DNA of 64,000 nucleotides. It comes from an uncultured delta proteobacterium. GTDB taxonomy: Bacteria > Desulfobacterota > Binatia > UBA9968. A program made the position numbers and the translations under genes. Numbering within the stretch: position 1 is the first letter of the stretch; every line of letters starts with the position of its first letter. The DNA is taken from the NCBI GenBank assembly GCA_963760795.1, contig CAVXEP010000007.1:96001-160000 (forward strand), in the 5' to 3' direction. Below the pieces are notes generated by a model that saw nothing but the letters and a program-made list of their open reading frames with translations, was not told the DNA's origin and ran no database searches. Below, one piece after another: positions 10,477-21,091 of the stretch.

Positions 10477-11598
10477 CTAGAGGGATTTTTTTGCAATCAG
10501 CGTCTCCAACCAAGGGCGGAACTCGTTGATCTTGTCTTTGTGCTCTTCCAAGCCGGTGAAGAGATACTCTTTCTTCGGGTCGAGGATGTAGAACGGGTTG
10601 ACGATGCCTTCTTTGGCGATGTCGACGCGCAGGGAGTTTTCGCGGGTGAGTTTTTGAAATTGGCTCTGGCCGTCGCGGCTCAAGATCCAGTTCAAGAAAA
10701 CTTTGGCGGCATTGACATTGGGCGATGAGGCGAGCCAGGCGGCTGGGTCGGTGCCGGCTCCCACGGCGGCGATGCCTTCGAAATGGATCGGCACCACCGG
10801 CAGCCCCTTGACCGCCAGGTCGTCGCAATCGACGCCGCCGATGGCGATGGCGTACTTGCCGCTGGCCACCCAGTCGGCGATCTGCGGCAAATTCCTAGAG
10901 ATCGTCACATCCATCTCGCCGTAGAGACGCTTTAAGTATTCGGCACCGAGATCCTTACGAGAGTAGACCGTGTACATCTGATTGCGCGCGCTGCCGATGC
11001 GCAAATCCTGCGAGACGATCTTGCTCTTCCACTTGGGCTGGAGCAGATCCCAGTAACTTTTGAGCTCATTGGCTTTGACTAAGTTGGTATTGATGCACGC
11101 CGCCGTGTAGGGCACGGCGCGCCACATGGCGACGAATTTATCTTCATTGTCGGCAAACCAAAGTTTGCCTTTGAACCAAGCGTTGGCATCGAGGACTTCC
11201 GGGAGCACGAGCGCGGGACGGATCGGCTGGAGCAAACCTTTGTCTTTGAGCGTGCCGAGCAGAATGTCGGTGCCGCCGAGAACCAGATCGGCCTGGCGCA
11301 TGCCGGCGCGCTGCTCGGCCATGATGCGCGAAATGAGTTCGCTGATTCGCCCCGGCGTGTAGTTGACCCTGATTTTCGGAAACGCCTGTTGGAAAACCTC
11401 GGTGTAGAGTTTCTGCTGATCGGCGCCCGGGGGGCCGTAGATGACGAGCTTGGCTTCTTTCTCCGCGGCGCGTTGGCTGGCTTCCCAGTCAGCTTTCCAA
11501 TTCGCCGGCGCTTGCGCGGCGAAGAGCTCACCTCGCATGAGCAAATGAATTAGTGCCAGAAAAATCAGGACTGCCATTCTCGATACTCGATCATCCAT
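10477..11598 (-). CDS. Extracellular solute-binding protein, Fe3+/AfuA-like family
   Basis: AAEKEAKLVIYG, LKSYWDLLQPKWK, SPNVNAAKVFLNWILSRDGQ. Confidence 0.85.
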   Translation of the reverse strand: MDDRVSRMAVLIFLALIHLLMRGELFAAQAPANWKADWEASQRAAEKEAKLVIYGPPGADQQKLYTEVFQQAFPKIRVNYTPGRISELISRIMAEQRAGMRQADLVLGGTDILLGTLKDKGLLQPIRPALVLPEVLDANAWFKGKLWFADNEDKFVAMWRAVPYTAACINTNLVKANELKSYWDLLQPKWKSKIVSQDLRIGSARNQMYTVYSRKDLGAEYLKRLYGEMDVTISRNLPQIADWVASGKYAIAIGGVDCDDLAVKGLPVVPIHFEGIAAVGAGTDPAAWLASSPNVNAAKVFLNWILSRDGQSQFQKLTRENSLRVDIAKEGIVNPFYILDPKKEYLFTGLEEHKDKINEFRPWLETLIAKKSL

Positions 11599-11621
11599 CC
11601 TCGACCAGCCGTCGCGCCGAT

Positions 11622-12813
11622 TCAGATCCTTACCACCCGCGGCCGGTGCTCGACCATCTCGCCTTGATTTACCAGCCGGCCAGAGCCGACGACGTCGAAG
11701 TGGAGCATCTCAGTTTCTTTCAAGTCACGCAGGATGCCGGGCGGGTCGTCGCCGCGCATGACCGCTTGGATCGCCGACATCCAGAGCTTGCGCACTTGAA
11801 TGACGCCCCGGTCTGAGTAGCCGAGATGCTCGGCGACGCGGTCGGCGATGCGGCCCTGGCCGATCTGCGCCGCAGCGTCCTGGCCGTTGACCGTGGTCAT
11901 GTCGAACTTCATCCGGGTGCCGCGCAGGAGCGGCGGCGGCCGAGGCGAATTGCGTTTGGGCCGAATTGTCGAGCAGCCATCTTTGAATGGAAAAAATTTT
12001 AGAATGAATGACTGCGTGCTGTAGTCGTCCACCGGCACGCGCCAGGCAACATCGGCGAAATAGCCGTTTGGGTCGCCAGGGGTTGAACCGCCGTCATGAA
12101 TGACCAGCACGGGGGGCGTGTACGAAACTTCTCGATGCCACTCCTTCCCGGCAACCGGACCCTGGCGCCGCGCCACGTAGCTGGCGAATAATTCATCGGC
12201 GAGCACTTCGAACTCCGGCGTTTCAGCGCGTTCCGGGTTTTCCCTGGCGCCGTTGACTTCGCGGCCATGCAGGATGGTGGCATGCACCGGGTCGAGGCAA
12301 TTGTCGAGCTGGTTCAAGAAATTGCACTCGCGCACATAACCATCGTAAGTTCGCTCGCCATCCTGGCGAAACAGAAAGTCGTAGCGCGGAAACGGCGGCG
12401 GTTCGCCTGGCCCCATGTAGGCGAAAATTAGGCCGCCGACTTCTCGGGTGGGATAGGCTTTGAGCAGAATCTTAGCCTTAAAATTGCTGTCCGCAGGCTC
12501 GCCGGGCTGCTCGATGCAACGCCCGTTCACGTCGAACACCCAGCCATGGTAGCAGCAGCGGATGCCGCCGGCTTCGATCCAGCCATATTCCAGCGAGGTG
12601 CCGCGGTGCGGGCAGGTCGGCTCGGTCAAACCGACACGGCCCTGCTCATCGCGGAAGATCAACAGGTCTTCGCCCAAGCGGCGGACAATTTTCGGCTCGT
12701 CGGAATTGATCTCTTGGGAAAAACTCACGGGCAGCCAGTAGCGCCGCAGGGTTTCGCCGGCCGGTGTGGCTGGGCCGACGCGGGTCATCATGTCGTTTTC
12801 TTGTTTGCTCCAT
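11622..12813 (-). CDS. Rieske non-heme iron oxygenase alpha subunit (phthalate 4,5-dioxygenase-like)
   Basis: TRVGPATPAGETLRRYW, CPH...CCYH Rieske motif, DPVHATILH iron site; start uncertain (12791-12845). Confidence 0.9.
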
Positions 12814-12899
12814 GGTCCGATTCGTGTTAGGTGATTGGGTGGCAAACTTCAAGATCGCCGATCCAACCCTAGCCGCAACGTTTTTGCTGCTTTTCAGCC

Positions 12900-12977
12900 G
12901 TAGGATGGGTGGAGCGTTAGCGATACCCATCATTCTGAACGGTGGGTATCGGCGCTTTGCGCCTCCACCCACCCGAC
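12900..12977. repeat. GTAG-type REP doublet (REPIN-like)
   Basis: gtaggatgggtggagcgttagcgatacccatc ... ggtgggtatcggcgctttgcgcctccacccacccgac. Confidence 0.75.
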
Positions 12978-13029
12978 AATTCACTCGAAGTGCGCTTACT
13001 TTGATATCCCGCAGCCTGACTGTGGCATA

Positions 13030-13320
13030 TCATTTGACGACGTGGGTCAGAAAGTGGCCGCCGTCGCTCTTGACCGTCTGATACTTTGACGTCGCCTCGC
13101 GCATGGCGTTATGCACCGGCGTGCCCCGATGCTGGGTATGCGCCTCGACGCTGTCCCACTCGATCATCAAGATCACCCGGCTCGGATCTTCGACGCTGGT
13201 AAAAAACTTGATGCCATGGGAACCGGCGAAGTTGGCTTTCTTGAGAATGTCGGCAAAAACTTGGACATACTCGTCGCGCTTTTCCGGTTGGACCTGCTGA
13301 ATGAGGATTTCTTGGATCAT
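13030..13320 (-). CDS. Antibiotic biosynthesis monooxygenase (ABM) family protein
   Basis: 96 aa, SVEDPSRVILMIEWDSVEAH; RBS aggag. Confidence 0.82.
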   Translation of the reverse strand: MIQEILIQQVQPEKRDEYVQVFADILKKANFAGSHGIKFFTSVEDPSRVILMIEWDSVEAHTQHRGTPVHNAMREATSKYQTVKSDGGHFLTHVVK

Positions 13321-13419
13321 GTTATTCTCCTGTTCAAATAGTTCAAATCGTTCAGTACCGCCTCAATTGCTGATGCTAACGTCATGACCCATAAATAGGT
13401 TTATTGAGCTGCTCAGGTT

Positions 13420-13454
13420 TCCCCCTTTGAAAAAGGCGGACTGAGGGGGATTTT
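13420..13454. repeat. ccccctttgaaaaaggggg-type palindromic repeat
   Basis: tccccctttgaaaaaggcggactgagggggatttt; also at 14681, 59588-59836, 63238. Confidence 0.75.
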
Positions 13455-13583
13455 CCCTTATCCCCTTTCCAAAGCTGATCATGCGACGCATCTTGTTGGC
13501 TGGACACGGAGCTGCGGCGCCGGTGGCTCGGCAGGGTCAGACAGTGAAAATAGATCGACGCATGGAAGATCCTGTTGCGGCGA

Positions 13584-13613
13584 ATCCTATGAGATCGGCC
13601 AGCCTTGTGTCAA
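13584..13613 (-). promoter_or_regulatory. Possible sigma70 promoter
   Basis: Minus strand TTGACA-18 nt-TAGGAT upstream of the ABM gene. Confidence 0.35.
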
Positions 13614-13637
13614 CGCGCGCAGCCGCGCTGTAAAAAT

Positions 13638-14681
13638 CTAATTGTCGCCCAGAAGTTCTTTAACTCGTCCGATCAGTTGCGGCGGCTGATCGATTACTTC
13701 CCGCGCCAAGGCTTGCAGTTCTTCGCCGCTGACTTGTTCCAAGCTCCAGTTACGTTTTCTTGCTTCTTCGATCAGATCGGGGTCTTTCAACGCGCGCGCG
13801 TAGGCTTCGCGCAGAATCTTCACACGCTCGGCGGGCGTTGCCGGCGGCGCGACGGCGGGATATTGGCCGAAATGATCGGCGCCGAGCAGCACCGCCGCTA
13901 GACGCTGTTTGGCTTCGGGCGTTTGATGGCGCGTCATCAGTTCGTAGATTGTCGGCACATCGGCGAGTTTTGGGTTACGCTTGCGCCCGCTCTGTACCAG
14001 GATGCGGACGAAGCCATTTTTCTGCCAACTGATAAACGGTTCGCGGGCGAGGAAAGACGCCGAGGACACCGAACGGCATTGCACTTCGCCTCTCTCGATG
14101 GCGAGGTCTTGATCGCTGCCGCTCTTGTAACCGGTGACGATGCGAAACTTCGCGCCCAGCGCATCTTCCAAAACTTTGAGGCTGATATGTCCGCTCGACC
14201 CCGGAGCCGTGGCGGAACATTTGGGCGGCTCGCCGGCAGTGCGAATATTTTCTATCGATTTGTACGGCGCATCGGCGCGCATCATCAACAGCGCCTCAAC
14301 CAGGCCCGCCGAGCCGATCCAGCTGAACTTGCGCCAATCGAACTGGACTTCGCGCCGGCCGGTGAGCTGCTGAAAATAAAGACTCGCCGAGATTTGGCCG
14401 AGGGTAAGGCCGTCCGGTTTGGCGACGCTGTAGAGATAATTGGCCGAGATCATCGAACCGCCGCCGGCCATATTCTGCGCCACGATGTTCGGGTTCCCTG
14501 GAATATATTTCACCAGATTGCGCGCCAGGGCGCGCGCCCAAAGATCGTTGGCATCGCCGGCCGCCATGTTGACGATGAACGTCATGGTCTTGCCTCGATA
14601 GAAATCGCTTTGAGCTGATGCGGGGATGTTTGCGAAAAGCACCATTGCGGCGCAGCTGAGAAGCCAAGCGAGCAGTCCCAT
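13638..14681 (-). CDS. Bug/TctC-family substrate-binding protein
   Basis: FYRGKTMTFIV, QNMAGGGS, KPDGLTLG; ORF extends to 14825 through repeat DNA, start uncertain. Confidence 0.85.
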   Translation of the reverse strand: MGLLAWLLSCAAMVLFANIPASAQSDFYRGKTMTFIVNMAAGDANDLWARALARNLVKYIPGNPNIVAQNMAGGGSMISANYLYSVAKPDGLTLGQISASLYFQQLTGRREVQFDWRKFSWIGSAGLVEALLMMRADAPYKSIENIRTAGEPPKCSATAPGSSGHISLKVLEDALGAKFRIVTGYKSGSDQDLAIERGEVQCRSVSSASFLAREPFISWQKNGFVRILVQSGRKRNPKLADVPTIYELMTRHQTPEAKQRLAAVLLGADHFGQYPAVAPPATPAERVKILREAYARALKDPDLIEEARKRNWSLEQVSGEELQALAREVIDQPPQLIGRVKELLGDN

Positions 14682-14797
14682 CCCCCTTTGGAAAAGGGGG
14701 ACTAAGGGGGATTTGTTTTTGCGTGCGTGGGAAAGTTCCGCCTGTGAAAATCCCCCTATAGAAAATCCCCCCATACCCCCCTTTTTCAAAGGGGGGA
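14681..14797. repeat. Inverted pair of ccccctttg-aaaggggg repeats
   Basis: tccccctttggaaaagggggactaagggggattt ... aaatccccccatacccccctttttcaaagggggga. Confidence 0.8.
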
Positions 14798-14854
14798 ACT
14801 GCCAAGCATAGATCGAGCTGATCATTATACGTTCGCGGTAGAGGTCGTTTCAGT

Positions 14855-15579
14855 CTAAAAGGTAACGCGGGCCAGCTGGCCAACAGCTTGCCGAATCCGC
14901 GCAGCGGGTGTTTCAATCCAAGCTTGGACAGCATGTACCAATTCATCGCCGGATTGCTCGCGACGACCGGCAGATTCAATTCGCGCTCCATCTGTTCAAG
15001 ACACTCCATCGGATCGAGCACCGCACCTTGGAAATAGATCGCGTCCACTTGGCGCTGCTCGCTGATCGCCCGGCGCGCGTAGGCGATGACATCGTCGGGG
15101 GTCATTTTGAGCGCGTCGGTGTAGTGCGGCAAAGTTTCGCCAGGGGAAATGGCAACCAGGTCGAATCGGCCGAGAAAGTCGCGAATCAGTCGATTCAACG
15201 ATGGATCGAACGGCGTGAGCAGGAGAATCCGTTTGGCGGCAAAAGTTGTCAGCGCCGCCGCCGAGGCGCGCAATGCCGTGGCGACGGGAATTTTGAGCGC
15301 CGCGGCAAAGGCGTCAGACAAATTAGGATTCAACACTTCGCGCGGCGCGCCGGGGAATATCAAGCCGTTTAGCTTCTGCTTGTCGGCGAACTGCACGGCG
15401 CGGCTGACGATCAAATCCAGTTTGCCCTGGACGTCATTCAAGACACCGTCGTGCAGCACCAGCTGCTCGTAAAGGACTTCGACGTTGGCCGGCACCAAGT
15501 TGAGAAACTTTTTAATATGCGAGCTCGACTGCGCGCTGGGTCCGAGCCAGCCGATTCTTGGGTTGTGATTGTCAGACAT
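14855..15579 (-). CDS. Asp/Glu racemase superfamily protein (maleate isomerase/arylmalonate decarboxylase-like); stop probably lost by a homopolymer indel
   Basis: KRILLLTPF, DAIYFQG, LEQMERELNLPVVASNPAMNWYML, GFGKLL; out-of-frame TAG right after the domain in cc-ttttag. Confidence 0.75.
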
Positions 15580-15727
15580 CGGCCACTCCATTCGACGATT
15601 CTACTGCGCCGGCGTAGATTTAACTCCGCCGCGATCAGACTGCTTTCCCTATAGAGTAGAATCCGCCGCGCGATTGCCGCCGCACCATTGTCCGTAAGTA
15701 GCCGCGCTCAATGAGAAAAATCCATCT

Positions 15728-15847
15728 CACCACGAAGGACACGAAGAGCACGAAGTTCAGAGAATTAATTCTCCAAACCTTCGTGTCCTTCGTGACCTTC
15801 GTGGTAAAAACTCTCTCCCATTTGGTTGCGGCTGTGCCGCGATTAGG
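15728..15847. repeat. cacgaag triplet inverted repeat plus ttggttgcggct tail
   Basis: caccacgaaggacacgaagagcacgaag ... cttcgtgtccttcgtgaccttcgtggt; tail cccatttggttgcggctgtgccgcg shared with ~24525 and ~57100. Confidence 0.85.
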
Positions 15848-15870
15848 GATTTGGCGGTTCGTTACTTTTT

Positions 15871-16973
15871 TTACGCCTGGCCCCAGACTTTAACGGCGGT
15901 ATCGACTACCAACTTGAGCTTTTGCCACTGCTGCTCCTCCGTCAACAGATTGCCCTCCATCGTCGAGGCGAAGCCGCATTGCGGACTGAGCGCGAGATTC
16001 TCCAACGGCACGTACTTGGCGGCTTGGTCGATGCGCCGGGCCAGTTGGTCCGCCGACTCCATGGCCGCCAGCTTGCTGCTCACCAGGCCGAGAACCACGC
16101 TCTTGCCGCCCGGCATGAAGCGCAGCGGTTCGAATGTCCCGGCGCGCTCGGACTCGTACTCGAGCAGAAACGTGTCGACCTGCAACTGGCCAAACAGTTT
16201 CTCGGCGATGGCGTCGTAGCCGCCCTCGGCGTACCACTGGCTGCGGTTGTTGCCGCGGCACAGATGTATCGCCATGATCACCCCCTCGCGCTGCGCTCCC
16301 TCCAGGCAAGCGTTGTCGGCGCGAATCGCTTCGTCAAGCGCCTGCTCGGGATCGAGCCCCATTTCGTCTTTCACGTAGCTGCGCCACTTCGGATCGATGT
16401 AGTAGCTGTAGCGCGGCGCGTCGATTTGGATGTAGCGCGCCCCTTGGGTCGACAAGGCGTCAATCTCGGCCTTGATCACCGGCACGATGTCCCACAGAAA
16501 AGCGGAATGGTTGGGATAGACCTGGTCGCTGATGCCTTTCTTATAATAGATCGCGGGAAACTGATTGGCGGTGGGCAGCGTGACTTTGATGTCGCCAGGC
16601 TGCTGCTGCTTCAAGAAGGCGAACTCATGGTCGGTCAGGCGCCGGGTTTGTTTGATCTTGCCGACAACCGTGCCGGGCACCATCGAGGGACGGGACGATG
16701 CGCCGGCTGCCGTTTGCCAAGTGCGCGGCACCGCCACCCCTTCGTCGATTCCTTCCACGGCTTCGTTGAAATCGCTCATGAAGTTGCCGCGGCGCAGCTC
16801 GCCGTCGGTAAAGATCTTGAAACCGAGCTCCTTCTGCTTCTCGATCACTCGCAGGATGTGCTGTCCTCGAGCGCGCGCAGCTCTGTGCCGCCGACATTCG
16901 CGCTGCGTGCCTGCAATAGCTCCGCGGGCCGAAGCAAACTGCCAATGTGATCGGCGCGATACTGGGTTGCCAT
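15871..16973 (-). CDS. Cobalamin-independent methionine synthase core-domain family protein (YxjH/MetE C-terminal-like), copy 1; frameshift near 16863
   Basis: YRADHIGSLLRP, TDGELRR, Zn ligands HLCRGN, LEYE, PQCGFAS. Confidence 0.88.
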
Positions 16974-17064
16974 AATACCTCCTTAAGAGCCGCTTAATTG
17001 ATCCCTGTCGATGCCTTTCCGCTTTCGCGGGAAAGACACCGGTAACTAAACAAATGGTTCTCTC

Positions 17065-18078
17065 TTAACCAGTGATTGGCTCACTCTCTAATGACAAACC
17101 CGCCACAGTTGCCAACGCTCTCTGGGTATAAACCTTGGCCATGCGCTTACGATACCAATAGTCCAGATCGGCGTTGTCGAGGGGATGGGAAATCTTCGCC
17201 GCGGCATCGGCGACGGCGTCAATCAACTCCTTGGTGACTTTCTTGCCCTGAAGCAAGGTCAAGGCTTCGGTCACAACCTTTGGCGCCGAGGCGACCGCCG
17301 TCAGTACCACGCGCGCATCGCGGCATTCACCCCGATCATCGATGTCCAGGGTCGCCGCCACTCCCAGGATCGGAAAGTCGAAGGAGCCGCGCCGGCGCAG
17401 CTTCATGTAGATGTTGCGCCAGCCCAACACTTGCCGCGGGATGAGCAAACCTTTTAGCACTTCATCGTTAGCCTTGGTCGAATAGTCGATACCGTCATCG
17501 CGGTATAGCTCTTCGAGGTTGACCCGCCGCTCGCCTTTTGGACCGACTAGGACCGCTTCCGCTCCCAAGCTCACCAGCACTGGCGCGGTATCCGATGACG
17601 CGATCGCCAGGCACTTGGCGCTGCCGGGAGCGACCAAACAAATATCGCCGTCTTTCTTAATGCAGAAGCCGGCCGCCTGACGCCAGAAAAAAGTTTGGTC
17701 GTAATAGTTGCAGCGAGTGTCGACAAGAACGTTACCGCCGATGGTGCCCATGTTGCGTAGTTGCGGTGTGGAAACCGATACCGCCGCGTGGGCGAGGGCG
17801 GGAAAATGTTTTGCGATCAGGCGATGATGCGCAATCGCCGTAAGGCTTTCGCCGGCGCCGATCCATAGGCCTGCTTGGCTCTGGCGAATGCCTTTAAGCT
17901 CACGCAGCGATCGGAGCGAAATGAGATGACGCGGCGTGAATTGCCCGCGCTTCATTTTCGGATAGACGTCCGTGCCGCCGGCCACGAGCATCGCGTCCGG
18001 GCCAAATTCAGACAACATCTTCGTTGCTTGGCGCAACGTCCGTGGTTGAAGGTAATTAAATTCTGGTAGTCGAAGCAT
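17065..18078 (-). CDS. hcrB: 4-hydroxybenzoyl-CoA reductase beta subunit-like (FAD plus [4Fe-4S] insert)
   Basis: AGGTD, QLRNMGTIGGN followed by four-Cys insert RCNYY...FCIKKDGDICLVAPGSAKC, KLRRRGSFDFP. Confidence 0.85.
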   Translation of the reverse strand: MLRLPEFNYLQPRTLRQATKMLSEFGPDAMLVAGGTDVYPKMKRGQFTPRHLISLRSLRELKGIRQSQAGLWIGAGESLTAIAHHRLIAKHFPALAHAAVSVSTPQLRNMGTIGGNVLVDTRCNYYDQTFFWRQAAGFCIKKDGDICLVAPGSAKCLAIASSDTAPVLVSLGAEAVLVGPKGERRVNLEELYRDDGIDYSTKANDEVLKGLLIPRQVLGWRNIYMKLRRRGSFDFPILGVAATLDIDDRGECRDARVVLTAVASAPKVVTEALTLLQGKKVTKELIDAVADAAAKISHPLDNADLDYWYRKRMAKVYTQRALATVAGLSLESEPITG

Positions 18079-18096
18079 GGTATCTCGATACCTGCA

Positions 18097-18179
18097 CCCT
18101 CACCCTTCCCTCTCCCTCGATTACGAGGGCGAGGGTAAGACTTTTCCCCTCTCCCGTTGGCAGAGGGCTAGGGTGAGGG
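18097..18179. repeat. ccctcaccc/ctctccc palindromic repeat between hcrA and hcrB
   Basis: ccctcacccttccctctccc...gagggcgaggg ... cccctctccc...gagggctagggtgaggg. Confidence 0.75.
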
Positions 18180-18196
18180 AATTCTGTGACATAATT

Positions 18197-20573
18197 TCAA
18201 CTCTTCTGGGTTACTTCCACACCATCGCCCGGATGCCACTTGATCGGCGCGGGAAATTTAAAGTCGGGAATCGAAGTCGCTTTCAGCCGGCCGTCGAGGG
18301 CGCGCAGGATCTTGTCCGGCGTGATCGGCACTTCATGGATGCGCACGCCGATGGCGTCATAGAGCGCATTGGCAACCGCGGGAACCACCGGCAGGAGCGG
18401 ACCCTGGCCGGCTTCCTTGGCGCCGTAGGGGCCTTCGGGATCGATGGTCTCGACCAAAATCGTTTCAATCTCCGGCGTCTCCAACGTCGTCGGACTTTTG
18501 TATTCCAGAATCGACGGAATTTTATGCAGACCGTTTTTGCGGAAGATCTGCTCTTCCATCAGCGCCTCGCCGAGAGCCATGTAAACACTGCCTTCGGTTT
18601 GACCTTCGACGAGCAGCGGATTGAAGGCGCGGCCACAGTCGTGGGCGATCCAAATTTTATCGATTTTAATCTCGCCGGTGGCGCTGTCGCAGTGCAGCTC
18701 GACGATAGAAGAAGTAAAACTATAGGCCGGCGTGGGGCCGACGCCCGAGCCTTTGAAGTCGCGCGGGTTCTTGGGCGGCCAATAGCTGCCCGTGGCGCCC
18801 AGCGCGCCGTGTTTGCTCTCCGCCTTGACTACGGCATCGGCAAAGCTTATGCCGCGCTCCCGCAGGCTTGCGCTGCGAACTTTGCCTTCGGCAAATTCGA
18901 GATCATCCGGCGGAACCTCCAACGCTTCGCTCGCCGCTTCGAGGAGCAGGGGCTTGAGCTTGGCGCAAGCCTGAATCGCTGCGTTTCCGGTCATTACGGT
19001 CACGCGGCTGGAATAGCTGCCGAGATCCACCGGCGTGAGATCGGTATCGGCGGTCAACACCCGGATGTCGCCGGGGTCGATGCCGAACTCTTCGGCCACG
19101 GCGTAAGCCAGAATGGAATCCGATCCCTGGCCGATGTCGATGGAGCCGCAAAAAACCGCGACGCCGCCGCTGCGGTCGAGCTTAATCTGCACGCCGGAGT
19201 GAGGCATGTTGTTCCAATAAATCGGCAATCCCGCGCCGCTGATGTAGGAGCTCGCCGCGAAGCCGACGCCGTGGCCGAACGGCAGCTGGCGAAATTTTTT
19301 CTTCCACTCGGCGCGCTCGGCGACGCGTTCGGTGCATTCGCGTAGCCCCGTGCTGCTGACGCGCAAACCGTTCACCGTGATGCTGTTGGGCTTGACGAGC
19401 TGTTTGAGCCGCAACTCGATCGGGTCGAGGTTGAGTTTCTCGGCGATTTCATCGAGCTGAATCTCCAGCGCGAAGCGCGGCTGCGGCGTGCCGTGGCCAC
19501 GCTTCGGTCCGCAGGCCGGCTTATTGGTAAAAACTCGCACGCCCTCGAACTTATAAGCCGGCACTTCGTAAGTCACCGTCTGCAGCGCGCCGGTATAATA
19601 GACCGAAGCCAAGCCGTAGCTGCTGTAGCCGCCGCCGTCGAGATAGGTTTTATACTGCATCGCCTGGATCGTGCCGTCGTTCTTCACGCCGGTCTTGGCG
19701 AACATCTTGACCGGGTGGCGGCCGCGATGGACGTAAAACGTTTCCTCCCGTGTGAGCGTGATCTTCACCGGCCGTCTGGTGATCATCGAGAGTTTGGCCG
19801 CGCAGATCTCGTGCGAAAAAGGATCGCTCTTGCCGCCGAAGCCGCCGCCGACCGGAGTTGCGACAACGCGTATTCTGCTCGCGGGTAATCCCAGAACTTT
19901 CGCCAAGGTGCGATGGACATAATGCGGCGTCTGCGTCGAAGACCACAACGTGAGCTTGTCATCGGGGCCGTAGAAGGCCACCGCGGCGTATTGCTCCATC
20001 GGTAGATGAGTATTGCCCTGGTAGAAAAATGTCCCCTCTAAAACAAAATCTGAGCCGGCGAAGCCGCCGTCGACGTCGCCGAATTCGAACGACACGGCCT
20101 TTTGAATGTTGGCGTGACGGTTCCAGGTATGAATCCGTTCGCTCTCTTCGGTGCAAGCCAGCGCTTCTTCGATGGAAAGAATCGGTTTCAGGACCTCGTA
20201 CTCGACGTCAATGCAAGCCGAGCGCTTTTTCGGCTATACTCTCGCTCGCCGCAGCCACTGCCGCCACCGGATCGCCGGCGTAACGGACTTTGTCAATCGC
20301 CAGCGCCTCTTCGTCTTCGGTCGAAGGCATGATGCCGAATTTTTGCGGCAGGTCCGCTCCGGTGAGCACGGCGAACACACCGTCGAGTTTGACTGCCCGC
20401 GCGATATTGACGCCAAGCACCCGCGCGTGCGGGTGGGGACTGCGCAAAAGTTTGGCATACAGGGTGCGCGGCAGATTGAGATCGTCGGCGAAGACGGTGG
20501 TGCCGGCGCATTTCGCCATGGCGTCGATCTTGCGCAGCGGCTTGCCGATTACCGACAGAGTCTGCTTTTTCAT
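18197..20573 (-). CDS. hcrA: 4-hydroxybenzoyl-CoA reductase alpha subunit-like molybdopterin protein (frameshifts near 20100-20220)
   Basis: VIGKPLRKIDA, LLRSPHPHARV, QTPHY, GGGFGGK, KRGHGTPQ, DLGSYSSRVT, GAKEAGQG. Confidence 0.85.
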
Positions 20574-21085
20574 TTGCTTATTTCCTGAGCCGCGAGCTCC
20601 ACCGCTTGCAAGATTTTCGTGTAGCCGGTGCAGCGGCAGAGATTTCCCGACAAGGCTTGGCGGATTTCCTGCCGCGTCGGATGCGGATTGGCGTTCAACA
20701 ACGCCTTGGCCGTGAGCAGGATTCCAGGGATGCAATAACCGCACTGGGCCGCACCCAAGTCGGCAAAGGCGGTTTGCAGCGGATGGGGTTTGCCATCTTG
20801 CATCAATCCCTCAACGCTGGTGATCTCGGCGTCGACTGCTTCAATGCCGAGCATCAGACAGGAAAGCACCGGCTGGCCGTCAACCAGCACGGCGCAAGTG
20901 CCGCACTCGCCGACTTCGCACCCATGTTTGGTGCCGGTCAGCCCCAGATCTTCGCGCAGAACTTCCAATAGAGTCTTGTTGATTTCCGTGGCGGTCTCGT
21001 GCAGCTCGCCATTGACACGCAGCCGAAGAAGGATCTTGCCGGCAGGCTGATGATCGCGGGGCTTTTTTCTCGGTGGCATGTTCAC
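20570..21085 (-). CDS. hcrC: [2Fe-2S] subunit (HcrC/CoxS-like)
   Basis: GTKHGCEVGECGTC, QCGYC, NLCRCTGY; overlaps hcrA start. Confidence 0.88.
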   Translation of the reverse strand: MNMPPRKKPRDHQPAGKILLRLRVNGELHETATEINKTLLEVLREDLGLTGTKHGCEVGECGTCAVLVDGQPVLSCLMLGIEAVDAEITSVEGLMQDGKPHPLQTAFADLGAAQCGYCIPGILLTAKALLNANPHPTRQEIRQALSGNLCRCTGYTKILQAVELAAQEISK

Positions 21086-21091
21086 GGCGAT

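Noticed and set aside
13460-13563. Short minus-strand frame MRRSIFTV-TGA-PCR as a second selenoprotein
   Set aside because: No recognisable family or convincing SECIS, and it runs into repeat DNA.
14296-15591. 431-aa ORF as a racemase fusion
   Set aside because: The extension is an off-frame read through the repeat and the Bug gene; a homopolymer indel near 14857 explains the missing stop.
16974-17064. SAM or cobalamin riboswitch upstream of the MetE-core genes
   Set aside because: No conserved riboswitch motifs here or at 48316-48449, which is repeat DNA.
18077-19345. Long antisense ORFs (also 15922..16950, 48502..49770, 61228..62196 and others)
   Set aside because: Shadow frames of well-supported genes in GC-rich DNA, with no family motifs.
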